64,000 bases of DNA, taken from contig JAABRE010000006.1 of the NCBI GenBank assembly GCA_011391125.1, forward strand, positions 33,131 to 97,130. Reading direction: 5' to 3'. This stretch comes from Synechococcales cyanobacterium S06 (GTDB lineage Bacteria; Cyanobacteriota; Cyanobacteriia; Cyanobacteriales; JAABRE01). A program made the translations under genes and the position numbers. Shown here piece by piece: positions 23,066-31,727 of this stretch (positions are counted from its first letter, which is position 1; each line of letters begins with the position of its first letter). The notes under the pieces were generated by a model. The model did no database searches, was not told the DNA's origin, and saw nothing but the letters and a program-made list of their open reading frames with translations.

Positions 23066-23572
23066 ATGAAAAAAAACACATTAACTGTAATTGGGATTTT
23101 CTTATTAATTTTTGGTGTGCCATTCTTAATAGAATCTTTTAGAGTTCAAAAATTTCTTAATACACTTAATAGAATTTCTGATAAATCTTTTTCTGATCAG
23201 AAATTAACTCAAGAAGAGATAAACAATGTATCAAGCTATTATAATTATTATGGAGGAGATGTTAAGGCAATAAATACAGGTCAATTTTTATGTCAATTAA
23301 TCAAAGAAAGATACCCTTTACCTCCCTTTATTACAGTAAATGAAGTTACTAACCGCGAATATTTAGATGGATATTTAGGTTTTTATGTAATTTCACCTTT
23401 TTATGCTGGTTTTGCTTTTTCTAATGGAGAATTATATAAAAGTCTTAGTTATACTGAAGATTTATTTACAATTGTAGATGATCAAGTTCCTGAAAATTTT
23501 GATGTATTATCTTCAGCTATTTTTGCAGCTTCTGTGGAGGTTTATTGTCCTAAATATAAATTTAATGAATGA
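23066..23572 (+). CDS. Hypothetical membrane-anchored/exported protein (cassette 1)
   Basis: N-terminal hydrophobic segment; very AT-rich. Confidence 0.65.
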   Translation: MKKNTLTVIGIFLLIFGVPFLIESFRVQKFLNTLNRISDKSFSDQKLTQEEINNVSSYYNYYGGDVKAINTGQFLCQLIKERYPLPPFITVNEVTNREYLDGYLGFYVISPFYAGFAFSNGELYKSLSYTEDLFTIVDDQVPENFDVLSSAIFAASVEVYCPKYKFNE

Positions 23573-23610
23573 TATTTTCTAACTAAAGTTGTTAAAATTT
23601 AGCACAGGTT

Positions 23611-23663
23611 AGCTATTTTTAGCTTACAATATTAACAGATAAATAGGGCGATCGCCCTTTCTA
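23611..23663 (+). repeat. Cassette-boundary repeat R1
   Basis: AGCTATTTTTAGCTTACAATATTAACAGATAAATAGGGCGATCGCCCTTTCTA. Confidence 0.95.
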
Positions 23664-23688
23664 ATAAATTTTATTTAAGGAGGTAATT

Positions 23689-23901
23689 ATGACTAATACC
23701 TATACGGCAATTATTCAGGAAGATGGAGATTGGTGGATTGGTTGGATCGAAGAAATTCCGGGGGTAAATTGTCAAGAAAAAACCAGAGAAGAATTATTGA
23801 AAACCTTAAAAATTACCCTAGAAGAAGCTTTAGAATTTAATAGACAAGATGCTATTAATGCAGCAATTGGTAACTATCAAATTGAAAAAATTGCCGTATG
23901 A
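23689..23901 (+). CDS. hicB: HicB family antitoxin (short form)
   Basis: YTAIIQEDGDWWIGWIEEIPGVNCQEKTREEL; AGGAGG RBS. Confidence 0.85.
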   Translation: MTNTYTAIIQEDGDWWIGWIEEIPGVNCQEKTREELLKTLKITLEEALEFNRQDAINAAIGNYQIEKIAV

Positions 23902-24086
23902 AACGTAAAGAATTTATCCAATATTTGCGTTCTCAAGGTTGCGAAATAATTAGGGAAGGAAGTAATCATTCTTGGTGGTGTAATCCAGAATTTAATACTA
24001 GAAGTGCTATTCCTCGACATAATGAAATTAAGGATATTTTGGCTAAAAAAATCTGTAAAGACCTTGGAATTCCACCAATTAAGTAG
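23898..24086 (+). CDS. hicA: HicA family toxin
   Basis: REGSNH...IPRHNEI...KKICKDLGI; ATGA overlap with hicB. Confidence 0.9.
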   Translation: MKRKEFIQYLRSQGCEIIREGSNHSWWCNPEFNTRSAIPRHNEIKDILAKKICKDLGIPPIK

Positions 24087-24114
24087 CTTAAATTAGTTAA
24101 AATTTAGCAAGGGT

Positions 24115-24168
24115 AGCTATTTTTAGTTTACAATATTAACAGATAAATAAGGGCGATCGCCCTTCCTA
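24115..24168 (+). repeat. Cassette-boundary repeat R2
   Basis: AGCTATTTTTAGTTTACAATATTAACAGATAAATAAGGGCGATCGCCCTTCCTA. Confidence 0.95.
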
Positions 24169-24202
24169 CCAAATTTTAAATATATATTATTGTTTAATCA
24201 GA

Positions 24203-25048
24203 ATGCTTACACAAGAAATAATTAATTTAGGTGAACCATATTTTCAGAGTGAAAATTGTTTGATTTATAATTTAGATTGTTTAGAATCAATGCTAAAAAT
24301 GCCGTCTGAATGTATTAATTTAACAGTGACAAGTCCACCTTATAATATTGGTAAAGAATATGAAAATATTTTACCTTTATCGGATTATTTAAAATGGTGT
24401 GAAAAATGGATTCAACAAATTTATAAATTAACCGTTAATGATGGTTCTTTTTGGCTAAATTTAGGTTATTTATCAATTCCAAATTCTGCTAAAGCTATTC
24501 CTATTTCTTATTTACTTTGGGATAAAATTCCTTTTTATTTAATTCAAGAAATTGTCTGGAATTATGGAGCAGGAGTAGCCGCCAAAAACTTTTTTTCTCC
24601 CCGCAATGAGAAGTTTCTTTGGTATGTTAAAAATCAGGAAAATTATACTTTTAATTTAGATGAAATTAGGGATAAAAATGTTAAATATCCTAATCAAAAA
24701 AAGAATGGTAAAATTAAAGTCAATCCTTTAGGAAAAAACCCTACTGATGTTTGGCAAATTCCGAAAGTAACATCAGGAAAAGATAGATCATCTCAAGAAA
24801 GAACCTCTCATCCTGCTCAATTTCCTTTGACAGTAATTGATCGAATTATTAAGGCTTCTTCTCATCCTAATGATCTAATTTTAGACCCCTTTTTAGGATC
24901 AGGAACTACGGCGATCGCGGCTTTAAATTTAAACAGAAAATTTATCGGTTTTGAAATACGTCAAGATTACTGCGATCTTGCAGTTAATAGAATTAATAAT
25001 TTTTGCCAAAATGAAACTATTAAAAAGTCTCAATTATCTTTATTTTAA
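24203..25048 (+). CDS. Beta-class N4-cytosine DNA methyltransferase (M.ScaI-like)
   Basis: TSPPYN, HPAQFP, DPFLGSGTT; convergent with the REase. Confidence 0.88.
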   Translation: MLTQEIINLGEPYFQSENCLIYNLDCLESMLKMPSECINLTVTSPPYNIGKEYENILPLSDYLKWCEKWIQQIYKLTVNDGSFWLNLGYLSIPNSAKAIPISYLLWDKIPFYLIQEIVWNYGAGVAAKNFFSPRNEKFLWYVKNQENYTFNLDEIRDKNVKYPNQKKNGKIKVNPLGKNPTDVWQIPKVTSGKDRSSQERTSHPAQFPLTVIDRIIKASSHPNDLILDPFLGSGTTAIAALNLNRKFIGFEIRQDYCDLAVNRINNFCQNETIKKSQLSLF

Positions 25049-25645
25049 AGGTAATTCTAATAGTTTATAACGTTGGACTTCCGGACTTAATCTAGCCTGT
25101 TGTCCAGTTTGAGCTTTTTGACCTAACCAGTCAAACTCATCTAACCAACCAAAACGAATTTTATTAATTTTAGGTAGTTCATTTTCAATTTTTGAGTTAA
25201 TTTTAGGAAAATTTACTGCTAAATAATAACCTGATTTATTTTTTTTTGTTTGTTGTCCAGTAGTGCTTTTTTGTGCGTAACTACGATTACCATAAATACT
25301 ACCAGAACTAGAAGAAGTTTTTAATTCTATTGAAAAATAATCATTAGGAATATAAACAATATCTTTGTCATAATCTTTGTCTTCTTTTCGCCATAATTCA
25401 GGATATCTCGTCGCAAATTCTAAAGGGATAAGTTCATGTAATAATGTTCCTAAAAATTGAGGACGAGGGAATAAATCTATACCTATTTTATACTTTCTAC
25501 TTGTAATTTCAGAGGTAAATAATTCTGCCCACATTTTATTAACTATTTCCACTATTTCTTCCGTATTAATAGGGTGTTGGGCAATTAATTCTTTTGTTTT
25601 TGTTTCCCAATTTTCTGTTGATATTCCCTGATATGGTGAAATCAT
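25040..25645 (-). CDS. ScaI-family type II restriction endonuclease
   Basis: SPY...W..KT.ELI..HP, PQ..G..LHELIP, KDIVY...SIELKTSS (PD-ExK), GNRSYAQ, RFGWLD, TGQQARL recalled as the ScaI family pattern. Confidence 0.75.
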   Translation of the reverse strand: MISPYQGISTENWETKTKELIAQHPINTEEIVEIVNKMWAELFTSEITSRKYKIGIDLFPRPQFLGTLLHELIPLEFATRYPELWRKEDKDYDKDIVYIPNDYFSIELKTSSSSGSIYGNRSYAQKSTTGQQTKKNKSGYYLAVNFPKINSKIENELPKINKIRFGWLDEFDWLGQKAQTGQQARLSPEVQRYKLLELPLK

Positions 25646-25867
25646 TTATTCAATTCCTTTAAATAATTCACTTAATGACATTTCCAAAGTGGTAGCAATC
25701 TTTAAAAGATTCAAAAAAGCAACGTTTCTTTCACCTCTTTCAATTCCACCAATGTAATTACGATGTAGTCCACATAATTCGGCAAATTCCTCTTGAGATA
25801 ACCCTTTTGCCATTCTGAGACTACGCACTTTTACACCTAATTTTTTTAACTCTGAATTTTGTTTCAC
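25646..25867 (-). CDS. R-M controller (C) protein, XRE HTH
   Basis: [27 protein letters not shown]; directly upstream of and abutting the REase. Confidence 0.85.
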   Translation of the reverse strand: MKQNSELKKLGVKVRSLRMAKGLSQEEFAELCGLHRNYIGGIERGERNVAFLNLLKIATTLEMSLSELFKGIE

Positions 25868-25917
25868 ATCCCCACTATATGGGATCAGAGTTCTTTTTCC
25901 TACACACTATGAGTGTG
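25868..25917 (-). promoter_or_regulatory. C-box operator(s)
   Basis: Palindrome CACACT-ATG-AGTGTG (25903-25917; ACTCATAGT core on the - strand) and a second ATCCC-N8-GGGAT at 25868-25885 abutting the GTG start. Confidence 0.7.
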
Positions 25918-25943
25918 ATCCGTGTTTTTGTGTTAAACTAATT

Positions 25944-27053
25944 TTGTTATTGATTTATTTAAGTAAAATGCAAAAAAATAATAATTTGTTAAATAAACAC
26001 CCTTATAAAATCCTTAAAAATCCCCAATCAACTAACTTTAATGTCATGGAATTATTTGCCGGTTGTGGGGGAATGGCCTTGGGTTTTGAAAATGCAGGTC
26101 TTCAAACTAAATTATTAGTAGAAATTGATAAAACCTGTTCTGAAACTTTGGCAAAAAATCGCCCTCATTGGCATATTATTAATCAGGATGTTACCCAATT
26201 AAAGTTTAGTGAATATAATAGTCAAGTTGACATTGTCGCTGGTGGTTTTCCTTGTCAAGCTTTTAGTCATGCTGGGGAAAGAAAGGGTTTTTTAGACACT
26301 AGAGGAACTTTATTTTTTGAGTTTGCTAGATGTGTAAAGGAAGTAAACCCCAAAATGGTGATCGCCGAAAATGTGCGCGGTTTAATTACCCATAAAAATG
26401 GCGAAACTTTAGCGATAATTTTAAATACTTTAGATGAATTGGGTTATAATTGTAGTTATAAATTACTTAATGCGAGTTATTTAGATGTTCCTCAAAAAAG
26501 AGAGCGAATTTTTATTATTGCCACCCAAAAAGACCTTAATATTAAACCAATTTTTCCGACTGAAAATTCCTATATTATTACTTTAAAAGAAGCCTTAAAA
26601 GACTGTCCAAAATCACAGGGAGTTAGCTATAATCAGAGGAAAAAAGAGATTATGGACTTAGTACCCGAAGGAGGAAATTGGCGTAATTTACCCGAAGAAA
26701 TCCAAAAAGAATATATGAAAAATAGTTACTATCAAGGAGGAGGAAGAACGGGTTTTGCGAAAAGATTATCATACAATGAACCTAGTTTAACCGTTACTTG
26801 TTCTCCTGCTCAAACACAAACTGAAAGATGTCATCCCACGGAAACCAGACCTTTAACAGTAAGGGAATATGCGAGAATTCAAACATTTCCTGATAGTTGG
26901 GAATTTATGGGTTCATTAACTGGCCAATATAAACAAATTGGTAATGCAGTTCCTGTTAATATGGCCTATCATATTGGTAAATGTTTAATAGAAATGTTAA
27001 CAGGAAAATCAGAAAGTTATCGCCAAGAATTAAGGCAATTATCTTTATTTTAA
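25944..27053 (+). CDS. C5-cytosine DNA methyltransferase (Sau96I/Eco47II-like, possibly GGNCC)
   Basis: FAGCGG, GGFPCQ, ENV, QKRERIF, QIGNAVP; the TRD TCSPAQ.QTERCHP resembles GGNCC enzymes; start probably ATG 25968. Confidence 0.9.
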   Translation: MLLIYLSKMQKNNNLLNKHPYKILKNPQSTNFNVMELFAGCGGMALGFENAGLQTKLLVEIDKTCSETLAKNRPHWHIINQDVTQLKFSEYNSQVDIVAGGFPCQAFSHAGERKGFLDTRGTLFFEFARCVKEVNPKMVIAENVRGLITHKNGETLAIILNTLDELGYNCSYKLLNASYLDVPQKRERIFIIATQKDLNIKPIFPTENSYIITLKEALKDCPKSQGVSYNQRKKEIMDLVPEGGNWRNLPEEIQKEYMKNSYYQGGGRTGFAKRLSYNEPSLTVTCSPAQTQTERCHPTETRPLTVREYARIQTFPDSWEFMGSLTGQYKQIGNAVPVNMAYHIGKCLIEMLTGKSESYRQELRQLSLF

Positions 27054-27069
27054 TCTTGTAATTATACTC

Positions 27070-27123
27070 TATTTTTAGCTTAGAATATTAACAAATAAGT
27101 AGGGCGATCGCTTTTTCTATTTG
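27070..27123 (+). repeat. Cassette-boundary repeat R3
   Basis: TATTTTTAGCTTAGAATATTAACAAATAAGTAGGGCGATCGCTTTTTCTATTTG. Confidence 0.9.
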
Positions 27124-27230
27124 CTTTCGAGAAAAACGCTGCTGACGTAGCCAGAATTGGTGGTAGTTAGGTTCGTTGTTGCGCTAAAGCGCTAAGGTAG
27201 GTTGGCAGTGCAACGGCCTACCAACTAATT
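27123..27230 (+). repeat. Duplicate of the gltB 3' end ([15 protein letters not shown]) plus its downstream REP-like sequence
   Basis: 27123-27170 matches 22886-22933 with 5 substitutions, all at synonymous third positions. Confidence 0.95.
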
Positions 27231-27310
27231 ATTAACAAAAATTGTTTAATATACAGATTTATTGTAAAATATAACAAGGTTAAATTTAAACAAAAAATAA
27301 AGTAAAAATT

Positions 27311-27892
27311 ATGGCAACTAAACTTTTACCTGCAAAAGTACAGAAAGAAATTGCTAGACTCTCTGAAAAATCTCAAAATACCATTACCCGTGACGACCTA
27401 GAAAAATTAGTTTTACTTGTCTATCCTAGTAAATCTGAACAGAAATCTAACCATAATATTAAACTATCTATTTCAGAAAAACCTTTAAAACTTGCGGAAA
27501 TTAAAGAAGCAATATATAAACGTTTTGATGTTAAAAATACTGACGAATTAAAGAAATCAGGCCAATTTCAAATGGCCACTGATGGACTGGGAAAATTAAA
27601 TTTTAATAACAAAGAAACATGGGAAATGTTATATCGTAAATGGATTGATATTCTTCCCGATGAAACCAATCAAGAAGGTTATGGTTGTATTAATGGTATT
27701 GACATTTTTAAATATTCTCGACCTTGGCAAGTTTTTAATTTAGACGGAAAAACTGCCACTAAAGAAGATGTCAAAAAAGCTTTTTATCAATTATCTAAAA
27801 TTTATCATCCTGATAATCAAGAAACAGGCGATCGAAAAATCTTTGAACGTCTTAATAAAATGTATGATAGTTTAATTGCAGGAATATCTTAA
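27311..27892 (+). CDS. Protein with C-terminal J domain
   Basis: DVKKAFYQLSKIYHPD...FERLNKMYDSL. Confidence 0.8.
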   Translation: MATKLLPAKVQKEIARLSEKSQNTITRDDLEKLVLLVYPSKSEQKSNHNIKLSISEKPLKLAEIKEAIYKRFDVKNTDELKKSGQFQMATDGLGKLNFNNKETWEMLYRKWIDILPDETNQEGYGCINGIDIFKYSRPWQVFNLDGKTATKEDVKKAFYQLSKIYHPDNQETGDRKIFERLNKMYDSLIAGIS

Positions 27893-27973
27893 GGCGATCG
27901 AAAAATCTTTGATAGTTTTAATCCAATTTAATTTAAAATAGTCTAAATTGCTAATTACGGGAGTGTCTTAGAA

Positions 27974-29243
27974 ATGACAAATTCAAACATAATTAACAGA
28001 GAAGATTTTTTTTATTACTGAAGAATACGTTTTAAAAGGTCTGGAAATAAATAAGGAAGTTTTAGAAATAATTATAGCCACCATAGAAAAAGATGAAAGT
28101 TTTATCTGGGAAGAAAATGTCCATTTCAGATATGTTCCTAAAAAGAATAAAACTAGACTTTTTGCTAGACAAGGTCTCATTGTGATGGGAGAATTTTTTG
28201 ATACTTCTTTTGATACTTCTGAAGAATTAACAAAATTAAAAACACTACTACAAAAAAAAGACAACGAGATAGAATTAATTAAAATTGACCATGAAATTAT
28301 TGAGAATACTTTAAAGGTTTTAGGTAATAATTCAGATAAAATCTTAGTTAAAGGAAATCGCCATTGGATGAATTTTAGCGATGTCCGCAAACTCTTTAAA
28401 ACCACTACACCTCGTTTAAATCAGGCCTTTGAAGATATTGCCCGTTCTGATCTACCATTATTTATAGAAGAAGATTTTGATGACATAGAAGATCAACGTT
28501 ATTATTCTTTTTCAGGTTTAGAAAGAATTGGTAATGAATTATCTAATACCTTAACTAGAAAATCTAAAGCTTTATTTGTTAACAGAGCCAAGAAAAAATC
28601 TCCTGACCAAATACAAAAAGTCTATAGTCCTATTCTTCCCTCAGAACAGAAGATTACAAGTGCTATGACACAAGCAAGAACACAACAAAATAAGGTCTGT
28701 CAAGTTACAGGGGAATCTGATCCAAAATTAGCAGTACATCATCTTTATGATAAAAGTACCTATCCTGAATTAGCTATAGATCAAGATAATCTTATCCTGA
28801 TTAAAGAGCCAATACACCATAATTTTCATGCTTGGAATGAAGGTTTTGATAAACCCTGTACTATAAATGATTTTATCTCTTATATCAAAACAATGCAACC
28901 TGAATTTTATGAGCATATTGCATTTGAACTTGATAAACGTCAACTAGCTTTACAAACAAAATTAAAATACCGTTCTAAATTCAAACCATTAGAACCAGCT
29001 TCAACCAAATCCATTGATACAGAATCACCTAAAAATAAGATAACTTCTCAGGAATCAATTAATAGAAATATTCTTGGCAAAACTACTTTTGCAAATATCA
29101 ATAATGAACAAGTAGAAGGTAAAATCTTAGCAATTTCTACTACATACGGTTCAGATCAAAAACCAATTATTTCTCTTTGTTTTCAAAAAAAGGAACATAA
29201 ATATGGAATTTGGTTGCCTTCTTCAGCTTTTATTAATCAATAG
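27974..29243 (+). CDS. HNH-like endonuclease domain protein; 5' part frameshifted at a T8 run
   Basis: CQVTG...LAVHHL...NLILI...H.NFH; the frame of ORF 28182 is open back to ~28008, and ATG 27974 joins it if T8 (28006-28013) is read as T7. Confidence 0.65.
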
Positions 29244-29280
29244 CTGATTAGAGCGGTTTAAAATGCTAAGAATTGCGATC

Positions 29281-29360
29281 TATTTTTAGCTTACAATATT
29301 AACAGATAAATAGGGCGATCCCGCCGGAATCCGCGCGGAGCAGGTGCGCCCTTTCTAGTT
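29281..29360 (+). repeat. Cassette-boundary repeat R4 with a 27-bp insertion inside HIP1
   Basis: ...TAGGGCGATC[CCGCCGGAATCCGCGCGGAGCAGGTGC]GCCCTTTCTAGTT. Confidence 0.92.
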
Positions 29361-29391
29361 AGTAAATATTTGAGGAAAAAATTTTATTTCT

Positions 29392-29832
29392 ATGCCATCA
29401 AGAGACATTATTCATAATATTGTTAAACAAGCAATCATTAAAGATGGCTGGAAAATAACCGATGATCCCTATACTATTTCTTATGGGGAAAGATTTTTAT
29501 TTATTGATTTGGGAGGTCAGCAAATTAAGGAAAATTCTCAAGGAGAGTTTATTGGAGCAGAAAAAGAAAATCGAAAAATTGCCATTGAAATTAAAGATTT
29601 TCGCAGTAAATCAGATATTTCTGCTTTACAACAGGCCATCGGCCAATATACTCTTTATCAACTTCTTTTAAAGGAAATTGAACCTGATAGAAATATTTAT
29701 TTGGCCATCACAAATTTTACTTATGACAATATTTTTTCTGAACCTATTGGTCAATTAGTTATTAATAAACTTCCCTTAAAATTAATTGTTGTAAATTTAG
29801 CAAAAATGGAGGTTAAATTATGGATTCATTAA
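29392..29832 (+). CDS. xisH: XisH family protein
   Basis: RD..H..VK.A.IKDGW.ITDDP, IDLG, KIAIEIK.F, AIGQY. Confidence 0.9.
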   Translation: MPSRDIIHNIVKQAIIKDGWKITDDPYTISYGERFLFIDLGGQQIKENSQGEFIGAEKENRKIAIEIKDFRSKSDISALQQAIGQYTLYQLLLKEIEPDRNIYLAITNFTYDNIFSEPIGQLVINKLPLKLIVVNLAKMEVKLWIH

Positions 29833-30146
29833 CAAATAAACGCCAAATAATTAAAGAAGTTCTTAATTATTATTCTCAATTTAAACCTTCCCATGGTGAT
29901 ATTCGTTTAGAAACTATTTTTGACGAAAATCAAGATAGATATGCTTTAATGCAAATAGGATGGGACAGGGGAAAAAGAATTAGGGGAAATTTAATTTATT
30001 TAGCTATTCGTGACGGAAAAATTTGGCTAGAATACGATGGAATAGAACAAGGAATTATTCAAGATTTAATTAGTCAAGGTATCCCCGAAAATGAGATTAT
30101 TTTAGGTTTTTTAACTGATGTTTCTTCTGTATCCTTAAGTGCATAA
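29820..30146 (+). CDS. xisI: XisI family protein
   Basis: FDE..DRY....GW, DGKIWLEYDGIE.GI..DL...GIP...I.LGF. Confidence 0.9.
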   Translation: MDSLTNKRQIIKEVLNYYSQFKPSHGDIRLETIFDENQDRYALMQIGWDRGKRIRGNLIYLAIRDGKIWLEYDGIEQGIIQDLISQGIPENEIILGFLTDVSSVSLSA

Positions 30147-30156
30147 AAACGCCATC

Positions 30157-30212
30157 TTTTTTAGCTTATAATATACATATATCGGGGCGATCGATCGCCC
30201 TTTCTATCTGTT
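30157..30212 (+). repeat. Cassette-boundary repeat R5 (degenerate left half, GCGATCGATCGC apex)
   Basis: TTTTTTAGCTTATAATAT...GGGGCGATCGATCGCCCTTTCTATCTGTT. Confidence 0.85.
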
Positions 30213-30229
30213 TTAATTTAATTAAAATA

Positions 30230-30574
30230 ATGATTTTTCCCCCTCGACCTATTAATAATGAACAAAAATTCATAACCACTCAAAATCGCCTTGATTTTCT
30301 CTTGGATAAACAGGAATTAAATCAAGATGAACGAGACTATCTTAAAATTTTAGGGATGTTAATTTACGATTATGAGGAAAAATATGAGACTATTCCTAAT
30401 CTTGAAGATATGGAAATAATTAGCTCACTTTTGACCGATTATAATTTAACAATTCAAGATTTATTACCAATTTTTGTAGAGGAATCAACTATTATTAATA
30501 TTTCGGAAGGAAAAAGAAAAATAACGTCAGAAGAAAAAGCAAAATTAGAGATTATGATTAATAATTTATTATGA
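30230..30574 (+). CDS. HigA-like antitoxin (orphan, probably N-terminally truncated)
   Basis: FPPRPI.NE...DYL.ILGMLI.DYEE plus a C-terminal HTH; no toxin upstream. Confidence 0.7.
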   Translation: MIFPPRPINNEQKFITTQNRLDFLLDKQELNQDERDYLKILGMLIYDYEEKYETIPNLEDMEIISSLLTDYNLTIQDLLPIFVEESTIINISEGKRKITSEEKAKLEIMINNLL

Positions 30575-31638
30575 TTAATAATGGTGAATATAAAATTCTT
30601 AAAAATCCCCAATCAACTAACTTTAATGTCATGGAATTATTTGCCGGTTGTGGGGGAATGGCCTTGGGTTTTGAAAATGCAGGTCTTCAAACTAAATTAT
30701 TAGTAGAAATTGATAAAACCTGTTCTGAAACTTTGGCAAAAAATCGCCCTCATTGGCATATTATTAATCAGGATGTTACCCAATTAAAGTTTAGTGAATA
30801 TAATAGTCAAGTTGACATTGTCGCTGGTGGTTTTCCTTGTCAAGCTTTTAGTCATGCTGGGGAAAGAAAGGGTTTTTTAGACACCAGAGGAACGTTATTT
30901 TTTGAGTTTGCTAGATGTGTAAAGGAAGTAAACCCCAAAATTGCGATCGCCGAAAATGTGCGCGGTTTAATTACCCATAAAAATAGCGAAACTTTAGCGA
31001 TAATTTTAAATACTTTAGCTGAACTTGGGTTATCATTATAGTTATAAATTACTTAATGCAAGCTATTTAGATGTTCCTCAAAAAAGAGAGCGAATTTTTA
31101 TTATTGCAACCAGAAAAGACCTTAATATTAAACCAATTTTTCCGACCGAAAATTCCTATATTATTACTTTAAAAGAAGCTTTAAAAGACTGTCCAAAATC
31201 ACAGGGAGTTAGCTATAATCAGCGTAAAAAAGAGATAATGGACTTAGTCCCAGAAGGAGGAAATTGGCGTAATTTACCCGAAGAAATCCAAAAAGAATAT
31301 ATGAAAAATAGTTACTATCAAGAAGGAGGAAGAACGGGTTTTGCGAAAAGATTATCATACCATGAACCTAGTTTAACAGTTACTTGTTCTCCTGCTCAAA
31401 CACAAACAGAAAGATGTCATCCCGAAGAAACCAGACCTTTAACAGTAAGGGAATATGCGAGAATTCAAACATTCCCAGATGATTGGGAATTTATGGGTTC
31501 ATTAACTGGCCAATATAAACAAATTGGTAATGCAGTTCCTGTTAATATGGCCTATCATATTGGTAAATGTTTAATAGAAATGTTAACAGGAAAATCAGAA
31601 AGTTATCGCCAATAATTAAGGCAATTATCTTTATTTTA
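30571..31638 (+). pseudogene. Disrupted second copy of the C5 methyltransferase at 25944
   Basis: Near-identical to ~26004-27053; +1 insertion near 31024 (GAACTTGGG vs GAATTGGG) and a GAA>TAA stop at 31613. Confidence 0.9.
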
Positions 31639-31651
31639 ATCTTGTAATTAT

Positions 31652-31678
31652 AGCTTATTTTTCACTTAAAATATTAAG
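31652..31678 (+). repeat. Cassette-boundary repeat R6 (left-half remnant)
   Basis: AGCTTATTTTTCACTTAAAATATTAAG, at the same position after the MTase copy as R3. Confidence 0.55.
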
Positions 31679-31727
31679 TAAAGTTGAGATTATTTAAAGA
31701 TAAATTGACTTAGTTTAAACAAAAAAA

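Noticed and set aside
27983-28405. 140-aa ORF on -
   Set aside because: It is the antisense shadow of the HNH gene's open frame.
29392-30146. fdxN-type excision element
   Set aside because: No xisF serine recombinase and no interrupted nif gene; stand-alone xisHI pairs are common in cyanobacteria.
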